In this document: positions 54,318 through 64,000 of the stretch, in pieces
How positions within the stretch are numbered: position 1 is the first letter of the stretch
Layout: each line of letters starts with the position of its first letter
Assembly (NCBI GenBank): GCA_963827635.1
Contig: CAWHBV010000009.1
Span: 204,573-268,572 of the forward strand
Direction of reading: 5' to 3'
Length of the DNA stretch: 64,000 nucleotides
Source of the DNA: an uncultured bacterium
Lineage (GTDB): Bacteria > Acidobacteriota > Aminicenantia > Aminicenantales > Saccharicenantaceae
The notes under the pieces: generated by a model
Told to the model about the DNA's origin: nothing
What the model saw: only the letters and a program-made list of their open reading frames with translations
Database searches by the model: none
Position numbers and translations under genes: made by a program

Positions 54318-54330
54318 GCCCCCGAGAAGC

Positions 54331-55057
54331 GTGACCGCGAACCAGTTCTTCGTCCCCCGCCTCGCCGAGGGAGTCTCCCGCATCGTTCTCGAGGGCGAGG
54401 AGCACCGTCACCTGGCCAAGGCGGCCCGGGTCCGCCCGGGAGAGACGGTCTGGCTCTTCGACGGGAGCGGCCGGCGCTTTCTCGCCCGGGTCGAAACGGT
54501 GGGGGAGGAACGGACGTCGCTGGCGGTCCTGAAGGCGGAGGAGCCGGAGACGCCGCGGACCAGGGTCGATGCTCGCCGCCTGCCTCGTCGAAGCCAAGAA
54601 ATTCGACGCCATCCTCGAAAAGGCCTCCGAGCTCGGCTGTTCCGACGTCCTGCCGGTCGAGAGCGCCCGTTCGCTCAAGGCCCCGGGGGAGAGGGCGGAG
54701 AAGAAGCTCGAGCGCTGGAAGAGGATCTCCCGCGAGGCGGCCAAGCAGTGCAAGAGCCGCTTCGTGACCGAGGTCCATCCGCCGCGGCCGCTCCGGGACC
54801 TGCTCCGGGAGCCGCCGGCGGAGCGCCGGATCTTTCTGAGCGAGCACGGCGGACGCCCGCTCAGGGACCTGGTGGCGGGCCCGGCCCCGGACGCGGTCGT
54901 CCTGCTCGTCGGTCCCACGGGAGGCTGGACCGAAGGCGAGGAGAGGGACATCCGCCGGGCCGGCTTCGAAGCGGCGTCGCTCGGGCGCCGCATCCTCAAG
55001 TCGGAGACGGCCGCGCTGGCCGGGACTTTCCTGATCGTCCATCACTGGAGCGACTGA
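54331..55057 (+). CDS. rsmE: 16S rRNA (uracil1498-N3)-methyltransferase; frameshifted as read near 54568.
   Basis: FFVPRL...GEEHRHLAKAARVRPGE..., then in a second frame LLVGPTGGWTEGEE...GRRILKSETAAL. Confidence 0.88.
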
Positions 55058-55058
55058 G

Positions 55059-55997
55059 ATGTTCCTCCAAGGCCAGAAGGTCGGGAAGTACGAGATCATC
55101 CGGTCCCTCGGCAGCGGCGGCTTCGGCTCCGTCTACCTGGCCAAGGACACCTGGCTCGACATCAAGGTGGCCATCAAGGTCCCCCACAAGCAGTCGGCCG
55201 AGCTCTACAAGCTCCTCAAGGAGCCCCGGCTCCAGGCCGCGCTCAGCCATCCCAACATCGTCCGGATGCTGGCGGCCGAGAAGGAGAAGAACGTCTTCTT
55301 CATGGTCATGGAATACATCAAGGGCCCGACCCTGGAGAAGATCCTGGAGAAGGAGCGCGTCCTCGGCGCGGAGCAGGCGCTCGACTACATCAAGCAGATC
55401 GCCTACGGCGTCGACCACGCCCACAAGGCCAAGATCATCCACCGCGACCTGCGGCCCTCGAACATCATCGTCTCCGAGGACGGCACGGCCAAGATCACCG
55501 ACTTCGGGACCTCGGCCTGGCTGAACGCCGTGCCCTACGCCTCGACGCGGATCGGCTCGCCGCCCTACATGGCCCCCGAGCAGTTCATGGGCAAGGCCAG
55601 CTACGCCTCCGACCTCTATTCCATCGGCTGCATCTTCTACGAGATGGTCATCGGCCGGCCGCCGATCTTCGATCCGGACCCGTTCAAGATCCTGGAGCGG
55701 GCCCAGCAGGGCCAGATCACGCCGCCGCGGATCAAGAACAGCCGCATCCCGCGCGAGGTCGACGCCGTCATCATGCGGGCCCTGGCCCCGAAGGTCGAGG
55801 ACCGCTACCAGAGCGCTTCGGAGATCATCCGCGACCTGTCCCTCTACAAGGGCCGGACGCCGAAGACCTCGGAGATCGACGACATCATGCTCCGCATCAA
55901 GGCCCGCGAACAGAAGACGGCCGCCTTCTGCGCCAACTGCCGCCGGCCCCTTCCGCCCCGGTCGCGGTCCTGCCCGCACTGCGGCGAAACCCTCTGA
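55059..55997 (+). CDS. Hanks-type Ser/Thr protein kinase with a C-terminal CxxC...CxxC zinc ribbon
   Basis: GSGGFGSVYLAK, VAIK, IIHRDLRPSNI, DFG and APE motifs. The C-terminus is CANCRRPLPPRSRSCPHCG. Confidence 0.9.
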   Translation: MFLQGQKVGKYEIIRSLGSGGFGSVYLAKDTWLDIKVAIKVPHKQSAELYKLLKEPRLQAALSHPNIVRMLAAEKEKNVFFMVMEYIKGPTLEKILEKERVLGAEQALDYIKQIAYGVDHAHKAKIIHRDLRPSNIIVSEDGTAKITDFGTSAWLNAVPYASTRIGSPPYMAPEQFMGKASYASDLYSIGCIFYEMVIGRPPIFDPDPFKILERAQQGQITPPRIKNSRIPREVDAVIMRALAPKVEDRYQSASEIIRDLSLYKGRTPKTSEIDDIMLRIKAREQKTAAFCANCRRPLPPRSRSCPHCGETL

Positions 55998-56091
55998 TTT
56001 CCCCCCGAGAGGCGATTGACTTCGCCGCCGGGGATGAGATACGATGGGCCCTCGGGAACGTCCGCGTCACGATGTTTTGTGAGGAGCGCCC

Positions 56092-57015
56092 ATGAGCCCA
56101 TTCAGCGAGACCGGCATCGTCTGGAAGAACGGCCGGCTCATTCCCTGGAAAGACGCCACGATCCACCTCGCCTCCCACGTCGTCCATTACGGCAGCTGCC
56201 TCTTCGAGGGACTGCGGGCCTACGACACGCCCAAGGGGACGGCGATCTTCCGGCTCGAGGACCACACCCGGCGCCTCTACAACTCCTGCAAGATCTACCG
56301 GATGGACGTCCCCTACACCCGGGACGAGTTCAACAAGGGCGTCGTCGACTGCGTCCGGGCCAACGGGCTCAAGGCCTGCTACGTCCGGCCCATCATCTAC
56401 CGGGGCTACGCCATGCTCGGCGTCAATCCCTTCCCCAACCCGGTCGACTGCGCCGTCCTGGTCTGGGAATGGGGCAAGTACCTCGGCCCGGAGGCCATGG
56501 AGAACGGCGTCGACGTCTGCATCTCGTCCTGGCAGCGCATGGCGCCGAACACCTTCCCGGCCCTGGCCAAGGCGGGCGCCAATTACATGAATTCCCAGCT
56601 CATCAAGATGGAAGCCATGCTCGACGGCTACGAGGAAGGCATCGCCCTCAACATCCGCGGCCACGTCAGCGAGGGGAGCGGCGAGAACCTCTTCCTCGTC
56701 ATGGACGGCACCGTGCTGACCCCGCCGCTCTCGTCCTCGGTCCTGCCGGGGATCACCCGGAACACGGTCATGACCCTGTTCCGCGAGATGGGCGTCAAGG
56801 TCGTCGAGGAGACCATCCCCCGGGAGATGCTCTACGTCGCCGACGAGGTCTTCTTCACCGGCTCCGCCGCCGAGATCACGCCCATCCGGTCGATCGACAA
56901 GATCGTCATCGGGACCGGGAAGAGGGGCCCGCTGACCGAGAGGGTCCAGAAGGCCTTCTTCGACGTCATCGACGGGAAAGCTCCGGACGCCCACGGCTGG
57001 CTGACGTTCGTCTGA
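56092..57015 (+). CDS. ilvE: Branched-chain-amino-acid aminotransferase
   Basis: HYGSCLFEGLRAY, AKAGANYMNS, EGSGENLF and GITR motifs. The frame is intact. Confidence 0.95.
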   Translation: MSPFSETGIVWKNGRLIPWKDATIHLASHVVHYGSCLFEGLRAYDTPKGTAIFRLEDHTRRLYNSCKIYRMDVPYTRDEFNKGVVDCVRANGLKACYVRPIIYRGYAMLGVNPFPNPVDCAVLVWEWGKYLGPEAMENGVDVCISSWQRMAPNTFPALAKAGANYMNSQLIKMEAMLDGYEEGIALNIRGHVSEGSGENLFLVMDGTVLTPPLSSSVLPGITRNTVMTLFREMGVKVVEETIPREMLYVADEVFFTGSAAEITPIRSIDKIVIGTGKRGPLTERVQKAFFDVIDGKAPDAHGWLTFV

Positions 57016-57037
57016 CATCCGATTCGAGGAGGAACGC

Positions 57038-58195
57038 ATGGTCATCGATGAATTCCTGAAGATCGCGATCGAACGGGACGCTTCGGACCTCCACTTCAAG
57101 GCCGGCAACAATCCCATGATCCGCGTCCACGGGACGCTGACGCCCCTGACCGGATATCCCCGGCTGACCGCCTCGGACTGCGAGGAGCTCTCGAACCAGA
57201 TGATGACCGAGTTCCAGCGGAAGCGGCTGGAAGAGGACCTCGACATCGACCTGGCCTACAGCCTGCCGGGCTTCGGCCGGTTCCGCGGCAGCATCTACCA
57301 CCAGCGGGGCTCCCTGGCCATCGCCCTGCGCATCATCCCGCTCGAGGTCAAGACCATCCGCCAGCTGCTCCTGCCCGAGGTCCTGGAGAAGGTCGCCTTC
57401 TTCCAGCGCGGCCTCGTCCTGGTCACCGGGACGACCGGAAGCGGCAAGACGACGAGCCTCGCGGCCATGATCGACTACATCAACACCTTCCGCCGCGAGA
57501 ACATCATCACCATCGAGGACCCGATCGAGTACCTCCACAAGGACAAGAAGAGCACGATCAGCCAGCGCGAGGTCGGCATGGACGTCACCAGCTTCGCCCG
57601 GGGCCTGCGCGGCTGCCTGCGCGAGGACCCCGACGTCATCCTGGTCGGCGAGATGCGGGACCTGGACACGATCGACACGGCCCTGCTGGCCGCCGAGACC
57701 GGCCACCTGGTCCTGAGCACGCTCCACACCCTCGACGCCCCCGAGAGCATCAACCGCATCATCTCCGTCTTCGCCCCGCACCACCAGCGCCAGGTCCGGC
57801 TCCAGCTGGCCTCGATCCTCAAGGCCATCATCTCCATGCGCCTCATCCCGCGGATGGACGGCCAGGGCCGCGTCCCGGCCGTCGAGGTCATGATCGCCAC
57901 GCCCTACATCCAGGAGTGCATCGCCGAGAAGGACAAGACCGGGCTCATCCGCGACGCCATCACGGCGGGCGTCTCCCAGTACGGCATGCAGACCTTCGAC
58001 CAGTCGATCTACCAGCTCTACCGCGACGGCTACATCTCCTTCGAGCAGGGCATGAAGTACTCCTCCAACCCCGACAACTTCAAGCTCCGGATCATGGGCA
58101 TCCAGTCGACCCTCGACATCGCCACCGAGGAGATGGAGAAGGGCATGAGCAAGGTCGAGCGGGCCGAGGGAGGGCCGGAAGAAGACGGCAAATGA
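57038..58195 (+). CDS. pilT: Type IV pilus retraction ATPase PilT
   Basis: [35 protein letters not shown] and [13 protein letters not shown] motifs. Confidence 0.95.
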   Translation: MVIDEFLKIAIERDASDLHFKAGNNPMIRVHGTLTPLTGYPRLTASDCEELSNQMMTEFQRKRLEEDLDIDLAYSLPGFGRFRGSIYHQRGSLAIALRIIPLEVKTIRQLLLPEVLEKVAFFQRGLVLVTGTTGSGKTTSLAAMIDYINTFRRENIITIEDPIEYLHKDKKSTISQREVGMDVTSFARGLRGCLREDPDVILVGEMRDLDTIDTALLAAETGHLVLSTLHTLDAPESINRIISVFAPHHQRQVRLQLASILKAIISMRLIPRMDGQGRVPAVEVMIATPYIQECIAEKDKTGLIRDAITAGVSQYGMQTFDQSIYQLYRDGYISFEQGMKYSSNPDNFKLRIMGIQSTLDIATEEMEKGMSKVERAEGGPEEDGK

Positions 58196-60857
58196 AGGCC
58201 CAGCGCGTTCGCGAGACCTTCCTCCAGTACTTCGCCGACCGGGGCCACCGGATCGTGCGGAGCTCGCCGCTCCTGCCCAAGGACGACCCGACCATCCTGT
58301 TCACCAACGCCGGGATGAACCAGTTCAAGAACGTCTTCCTGGGCCTGGAGAAGCGGGGCTACAACCGGGCGGCCACGGTCCAGAAGTGCATGCGGGTCAG
58401 CGGCAAGCACAACGACCTCGAGACCGTCGGCCGGACGGCCAAGCACCACACCTTCTTCGAGATGCTCGGCAACTTCTCCTTCGGCGACTATTTCAAGAAG
58501 GAGGCCGTCGCCTACGCCTGGGACCTCGTCACCCGCGTCTTCGGCCTGCCCGCGGAGCGGCTCTACGCGACGGTCTACCTCGACGACGACGAGGCCTACC
58601 GGCTCTGGGCCGGCGAAGTGGGCGTTCCGAAGGACAGGATCTTCCGCTACGGCAAGAAGGACAACTTCTGGGCCATGGGCGACACCGGGCCCTGCGGCCC
58701 GTGCTCCGAGCTCCACTACGACCTCGGCGCCGCGATCGAGCCGGGCGATCCGTTCTCGCTGATCGAGAAGGGGAGCGACCGGTTCGTCGAGCTCTGGAAC
58801 CTCGTCTTCATGGAGTTCGACCAGGGCGAGGACGGCGTCATGCGCCCGCTGCCGTCCCCGTCGATCGACACCGGCATGGGCCTCGAGCGCATGACCGCGG
58901 TCGTCCAGGGCAAACGAAGCAACTACGACACCGACCTGTTCCTGCCCCTGATCGAGAGCGCCGCCGGGATGGCCCGGCGCGAGTACCCCGCCGGCGACGA
59001 GGGCGACGTCTCGCTCCGGATCATCGCCGACCACGTCCGGGCCGCGACCTTCCTCATCGGCGACGGCGTCTCCCCGGCCAACGACGGGCGGGGCTACGTG
59101 CTGCGGCGGCTCATCCGCCGGGCCTTCCGGCAGGGCAACCTCGTCGGCATCGACCGGCCGTTCCTGTTCGAGCTCGTCGGCCGCGTGGCCGACATCATGA
59201 AGGACGCCTACCCCGAGCTCCTGACCTCGGCCGCCTACATCTCCAAGGTCTGTCTGGCCGAGGAGGAGCGGTTCGCCTACACGCTGGCCTCGGGCCTGCG
59301 GTATTTCGACCAGGTCGTCCGGGAGACCCGCGAGAAGGGGGACACGGTCCTGCCGGGCGGGCAGATCTTCAGGCTCTACGACACCTTCGGCTTCCCGCTC
59401 GACCTGTCGCAGGAGCTGGCCCGGGAGAAGGCCCTCGTCGGTCGACGAGGCCGGTTTCGCCCGGGAGCTCGAGGAGCAGAAGCAGCGGGCCCGCCTGTCG
59501 TGGAAGGGCGAGGCCAAGCGGAAAGAGAAGCAGATCTACGACGAGTTCAAGGACCTCAAGGTCCGGACCCGGGTCCACGAAGCCGCCGAGCTCGCGGACG
59601 TGCTCGTCCTCGGGCTCCTCAAGGACGGGCGCCGGACGGCGGTCCTCGCTGCGGACGAATCCGGCGAGATCATCCTCGAGGAGACGCCCTTTTACGCCGA
59701 AGCCGGCGGCCAGGTCGGGGACACGGGCACGCTCAAGGGCCCGAAGTTCTCCGCGCTGGTCGGGAACACGTCGTACGCCACTCCCGACGTCGTCGTCCAC
59801 GCCGTCAAGGTCCTGGCCGGCGAGGTCCGCGAAGGCGACCGCGTCGACGCCGTGCCCGATCTCGTCCGGCGGCAGGCGACGTCGAACAATCACACCGCGA
59901 CCCACCTCCTCCACGCGGCCCTGCGCCAGGTGCTGGGCGACCACGTCAAGCAGTCCGGCTCTCTCGTCTCGCCGTCCCGCCTGCGGTTCGATTTCACCCA
60001 CTTCGCCCCCCTGACCCGCGAGGAGCTCCGGCGCGTCGAGGAGATCGTCAACGACCGGATCCGGGCCGACATGCCTCTCGCGACCCGGGTGACGACGCTC
60101 GAGGAGGGCATCCGCGAGGGGGCCACGGCCATCTTCGAGGAGAAGTACGGGGAGACCGTCCGGGTCGTCGGCATCGGCGACTTCAGCAAGGAGCTCTGCG
60201 GCGGCGTCCACGTCCACGCCACGGGCGAGCTGGGCCTGTTCAAGATCGTCTCCGAGGCGAGCGTCGCCGCGGGCATGCGCCGCATCGAGGCCGTGACCGG
60301 CGAAGGGGCCACCCGCTACGTCCGTGAGCTCGAGGACGAGCTCGCCGGGTTGGAGAAGAGCCTGGGCGTCGCGCGCAGGGACCTCCCGGCCCGCATCGAC
60401 AAGCTCCAGGCCCGCATCCACGAGCTCGAGAAGGAGAACCGGGAGCTGCGAAAGAAGATCGTTTCGGGCGCAGGCTCCATCGATCGCGCGGTCCTCGGTC
60501 GAAGGGAAGGGTACCGTCATCAAGGAGATCAAGGGGATCTCCGTCGAGGTCCGTCGCCTCGACGGCCTGACGATGGCCGAGCTGAGAGAAAAGGCCGACG
60601 ACCTGAAGAGCAAGCTCCAAAGCGGCATCGTCGTCATCGGTTCCGCGGCCGAGGGCAAGGCCTTCATCGTCGCCTCGGTGACGAGGGACCTCACCGGCCG
60701 CATCCAGGCCGGGGCCATCATCAAAGAGTTGGCCCCCGTCATCGGGGGCGGGGGAGGGGGGCGGCCCGATTTCGCCCAGTCCGGCGGCCCCGGCACCGCG
60801 GAGCTCGACCGGGCCCTGGGCCTCGTCCCGGAACTCGTCGAACGGCTGGCCGGCTGA
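58192..60857 (+). CDS. alaS: Alanine--tRNA ligase; two frameshifts as read (near 59440 and 60490).
   Basis: [29 protein letters not shown] and the editing-domain motifs HTATHLLH and CGGVHV. The C-terminal DHHA1 [11 protein letters not shown] is in a third frame. ATGA overlap with pilT. Confidence 0.93.
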
Positions 60858-60909
60858 CCCCCGGAATCACCCCCGGCGGGGATTGCCAAGCGGAACGGTT
60901 TTTGTCAAG

Positions 60910-61476
60910 ATGAGGACGAAGCCGATGGTGCACTTCAAGAGGATCCTCGCGGCCGGCGCCCTTTTCGCCCTCGTCCCGTATCTCGCGGGGATGGGGGCGG
61001 CGGACCTGCGCAAGCTCTACCATCCCCTCATCAAGAAGGCCGCCGAGAAGCACCGCATCGACACCGATCTCATCCACGTCGTCATCCGGGCCGAGTCGAA
61101 CTACGACGCCTTCGCCATCTCCTCGGCCGGGGCCATGGGGCTGATGCAGCTGATGCCGGCGACGGCCAGGCAGTACGGCGTCGGCAACGTTTTCGATCCC
61201 GCGCAGAACATCGAGGGCGGCGTCCGTTACCTCAAGGACCTCGTCCGGCTCTACAACGGGCAGACCAAGCTGGTCCTGGCCGCCTACAACGCCGGGCAGG
61301 AAGCGGTCCGGAGGTACAAGGGCATCCCGCCCTACCCGGAGACGAAGAGCTACATCGCCGGGATCATGAAGAGCTACAAGAAGCCCACGGTCTCGACGAA
61401 GAACCCCACCTACATGGTCAAGGACGCCACGGGCCGCACGGTCCTGGTGAACGATCCGGAGACGGCCAAGAAATAG
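60910..61476 (+). CDS. Lytic transglycosylase (SLT domain)
   Basis: VIRAESNYDAFAISSAGAMGLMQLMPATA...AYNAG. Confidence 0.88.
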   Translation: MRTKPMVHFKRILAAGALFALVPYLAGMGAADLRKLYHPLIKKAAEKHRIDTDLIHVVIRAESNYDAFAISSAGAMGLMQLMPATARQYGVGNVFDPAQNIEGGVRYLKDLVRLYNGQTKLVLAAYNAGQEAVRRYKGIPPYPETKSYIAGIMKSYKKPTVSTKNPTYMVKDATGRTVLVNDPETAKK

Positions 61477-61491
61477 GGCCTTCGCCCCGGT

Positions 61492-62433
61492 TCAGCGGGT
61501 CGGCAGGAAGCCCTTGATGAGCAGGTTGCGGGGGACGATCTCGAAGGTCGCGGGCAGGCGGCCGAGCTGATCGCCGTCGAGCTCGAGCAGGACATCCTCC
61601 CCGTCGTCGGCCCAGGCCTCGATCCTCCGGCCGCGGACGACCGACACCTTGGGGTGGGTGACGTGACTGCCGTTCATGAGCTTCCAGCCGTGCCGGCAGA
61701 ACTCCAGGAAACGGAATCCCCGGATGAGCACGGCGTCGAAGAGGCCGTCGTCGAGACGGGCGTCGGGCGCCACTTTCATCCCTTTGCCGAAGATCCTGCC
61801 GTTGGCGATGGCGCCGATGAGATACTCCCCGTCGGGCAGGTTCTCGCCGTCGACGCGGATGCGGACCCGCTTGTTCTTGTAGCGGGCCATCGTCGTGACC
61901 AGGCAGCGGACATAGGACGAGGCCTTGCGCTGGAGCCGGCGTTCGGTCACTTCGCGGACGACTTCGCCGCCCAGCCCGAAATCGGCGATGTTGAGGAAGA
62001 AACGGTCGTCCTCGAGGCCTTCGTTCGTCCGGTAACGGACCCGGCCCACGTCCATGCGCACGGACGGGGCGTCGGTGATGACCTGGAGCGCGCCCTTCAG
62101 CCCGGCGGGGATGCTCAGGCTCTTGATCAGGTCGCAGCCCGTGCCCGAGGGGACCAGGCCCAGGGTGGCCTCCGGGTTGATCATCCGGCGGTCTTCGTAG
62201 AAGCCGTTGGCGATCTCGTTCATCGTTCCGTCGCCGCCGACGCCGATGACGAGCTCGGTGCCGTCCTTGATGGCCTGCCTGGCCAGGTCGGTGGCGTGGA
62301 GGGGCTTCTCCGTGAAATCGTACTTGAACTCGCGGACGAAGTGCCTCAGGCCTTCGCGGATCTCGCCCCAACGCTTCCGGGTCCGGCCCCGGTTCGATTC
62401 GGGATTGACGATGACCCGGGTCTTAAGCCGCAT
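61492..62433 (-). CDS. Diacylglycerol/lipid kinase family protein (YegS/BmrU-like)
   Basis: GVGGDGTMNEIANG and GLVPSGTGCD motifs. The frame is intact. Confidence 0.9.
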   Translation of the reverse strand: MRLKTRVIVNPESNRGRTRKRWGEIREGLRHFVREFKYDFTEKPLHATDLARQAIKDGTELVIGVGGDGTMNEIANGFYEDRRMINPEATLGLVPSGTGCDLIKSLSIPAGLKGALQVITDAPSVRMDVGRVRYRTNEGLEDDRFFLNIADFGLGGEVVREVTERRLQRKASSYVRCLVTTMARYKNKRVRIRVDGENLPDGEYLIGAIANGRIFGKGMKVAPDARLDDGLFDAVLIRGFRFLEFCRHGWKLMNGSHVTHPKVSVVRGRRIEAWADDGEDVLLELDGDQLGRLPATFEIVPRNLLIKGFLPTR

Positions 62434-62963
62434 CGGTGGGTCCGGGGGGCGTCGAGGGGGGGATGGCGGGCGGGGGAGGCGGAGGCACGGCCCGGGCGGG
62501 CTTCTTGACGAAGAGCGATACGCCGACGATGCCGCCCAGGGCGCCGAAGACGGCGAAGATGGCGGAAGTCATGAACAGGCCCAGGAGGAACCAGCCCGGC
62601 GAAAAGGCGCCCGCGGCGCCCTGGATCAAGCCGTCCAGACCGGCCGGCATATCGCCGCCCATCTCGGATGCCGTGTCCATGAACTTCTGGGCCAATCCCA
62701 GATTGAAGGACCTCAGGGGGATGGCGATGAGCGTATCGACGACGGCGGCGACGATGCCCGTCAGCGTCCCGACGATGGCCCCGTCGCCCGAGGTCAGGGC
62801 CGCCGGCGTCTCCTTCGCCAGGAGTTTCACTGCCGCCGCGGCGCCCCCGACGATCCAAAGGCAGCAGAGGCAGTTGGGAGCGAGACGGCAGGCCCGACAG
62901 AATTCCGGCGACGGCGCCGGCCATGAGGGCGGGCTTGAAGTATTCGGGCTTCCGCTGGTCCAT
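62423..62963 (-). CDS. Hypothetical multi-TM membrane protein with a Pro-rich tail; frameshifted as read near 62880.
   Basis: MDQRKPEYFKPALMAGAVAGILSGLP in one frame joins ...LAKETPAALTSGDGAIVGTLTGIVAAVVDTLI...GALGGIVGVSLFVKK...PPPPPPAIPP in ORF 62423..62830. Confidence 0.55.
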
Positions 62964-62991
62964 GTCTCCTCCTGGTTCGCCGGGCTCTATT

Positions 62992-63516
62992 CTATGTTTT
63001 TCCGGGCCCGTTTGACAAGTTCCGGGCGGCCCGCCGCTCTTTTCCCTTGGCCAGGGCGTCCGAAACGCCCCCGATGAAAAAGAACGGCAGGAGCGCCCCC
63101 CAGACGAAACCGGTCGCGGCCCGAACGCCGATAGAAGTGTTCCACACGCCCAAGACGCCGGCCAGTCCGTCGACGGCCAGGGGCAGGGTGACGAGAAGGA
63201 AGGCCCGCGCGGACGGCAGGGCCGGCCGGTCGAAGCCGCGAACGATACGATAGAGGACGAGGCCCGCCGCGAATCCCAGGTAGATGCCCAGGCAACGTCC
63301 GCAGACGGCCAGGGGCTGGCCGTGGAGCGAGAAGCAACGGCCGGGGATCTGGTGGCAAACGGGCGAGAAAACGGCGTAGACCAGCCGGGCCGCGCCGGTC
63401 GAGCCGCGTCCGGCCAGCCACGGGGCCAGGACGATAAGGGTGAGCCAGACGGCCGTTCCGGCCGCGGTCACGAGCCAGACCGTGCGGACGATGCGGCGGC
63501 CTTCATCGGCGGACAT
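62992..63516 (-). CDS. DUF2085-like membrane protein
   Basis: SPVCHQIPGRCFSLHGQPLAVCGRCLGIY motif flanked by TM helices. Confidence 0.72.
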   Translation of the reverse strand: MSADEGRRIVRTVWLVTAAGTAVWLTLIVLAPWLAGRGSTGAARLVYAVFSPVCHQIPGRCFSLHGQPLAVCGRCLGIYLGFAAGLVLYRIVRGFDRPALPSARAFLLVTLPLAVDGLAGVLGVWNTSIGVRAATGFVWGALLPFFFIGGVSDALAKGKERRAARNLSNGPGKT

Positions 63517-63573
63517 GCGCGGTATTGTAGCCCTTCGTGCCACCGTTGTCATCGTCCTCGCCCGATTTCCCGA

Positions 63574-63602
63574 TTGACAGGAACGTAACGACTTGGTTAA
63601 AT
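63574..63602 (+). promoter_or_regulatory. Possible promoter (TTGACA, 17 nt, TTAAAT) for the protease gene
   Basis: Read directly, 45 nt upstream of the ATG at 63647. The RBS is GAGAGGAGGA. Confidence 0.4.
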
Positions 63603-63646
63603 TAGAGATGGTGATACCTTTAGCCCATGACCGAGAGGAGGACGCG

Positions 63647-64000
63647 ATGCCGCGATTCCGAAAAATTTCCCTGATCCTGATCGGATCGATCATCCTGACG
63701 GCGTCCTGGGCCGCGGCCCAGACGGAGGAGGCCAACAACCTCCTCGGACAGGCCGGCGCGGGCGTCATCTCCGTCATCGGCTACGGCGCCGACAAGGCCG
63801 AGATCATGAAGGGTTCGGCCCTGGCCCTGGCCGAAGACGTCGTCGTCACGGCCTACCATGTCGTCTCCCAGGCCTACGACGTCGAGGGCCTGAACATCAA
63901 GGGGAAAAAGGTCAAGATCGAAGGCCTCCTCGGGCTCGATCCGGCCAACGACATCGCCCTGCTCAAGCTCAAGGGAAAAGTCCAGGCCCTGCCCATCGGC
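63647..64000 (+). CDS. Trypsin-like serine protease (HtrA/DegP family); N-terminal part only, truncated by the window end.
   Basis: Hand-translated MPRFRKISLILIGSIILTASWAAAQ (signal peptide) ...DVVVTAYHVVSQA (catalytic His) ...ANDIALLKL (catalytic Asp). Confidence 0.8.
   Translation, partial: MPRFRKISLILIGSIILTASWAAAQTEEANNLLGQAGAGVISVIGYGADKAEIMKGSALALAEDVVVTAYHVVSQAYDVEGLNIKGKKVKIEGLLGLDPANDIALLKLKGKVQALPIG

Overview
This is a high-GC (roughly 65-70%) chromosomal segment from a diderm bacterium. It is densely packed with housekeeping operons, many joined by 4-nt ATGA/GTGA start-stop overlaps. In order, the genes are: bamD-rpe-PASTA protein (minus strand), ltaE, a fused NarI-like/HdrD-like Fe-S oxidoreductase, cstA, lpdA, nuoABCDEFGHI followed by an MBL hydrolase and a malic enzyme, an Ala/Lys-rich lipoprotein followed by two L,D-transpeptidases and an LDT-like protein, dnaK-dnaJ-hspR-sigma factor-DnaC/DnaI-like loader, a tRNA-Asn(GUU) gene split by a small group I intron, a beta-propeller lipoprotein, a Pho block (porin, pstSCAB, phoU, phoB/phoR-like), dsrM/dsrK/dsrC-like genes convergent with a cysteine desulfurase, folK, a TonB-dependent receptor, yraN, cysS, split LKR/SDH saccharopine genes plus a Memo-like protein, hrcA-grpE-(lidless dnaK paralog)-dnaJ, rsmE, a Ser/Thr kinase, ilvE, pilT, alaS, an SLT transglycosylase, a lipid kinase, membrane proteins and the start of an HtrA-like protease. 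I saw no CRISPR array, transposase, integrase or phage genes. About 40 single-nucleotide frame disruptions interrupt otherwise conserved genes, mostly apparent +1 insertions. I read these as assembly indel errors rather than pseudogenisation, so the coordinates below span the frameshifts. The most notable observations are the intron-containing tRNA-Asn with a very compact, non-canonical group I core, a Braun-lipoprotein-like gene coupled to L,D-transpeptidases, a minimal DsrMK-DsrC module next to a cysteine desulfurase, and two differently organised Hsp70 systems. All calls come from by-eye translation and motif recognition; no searches were run.
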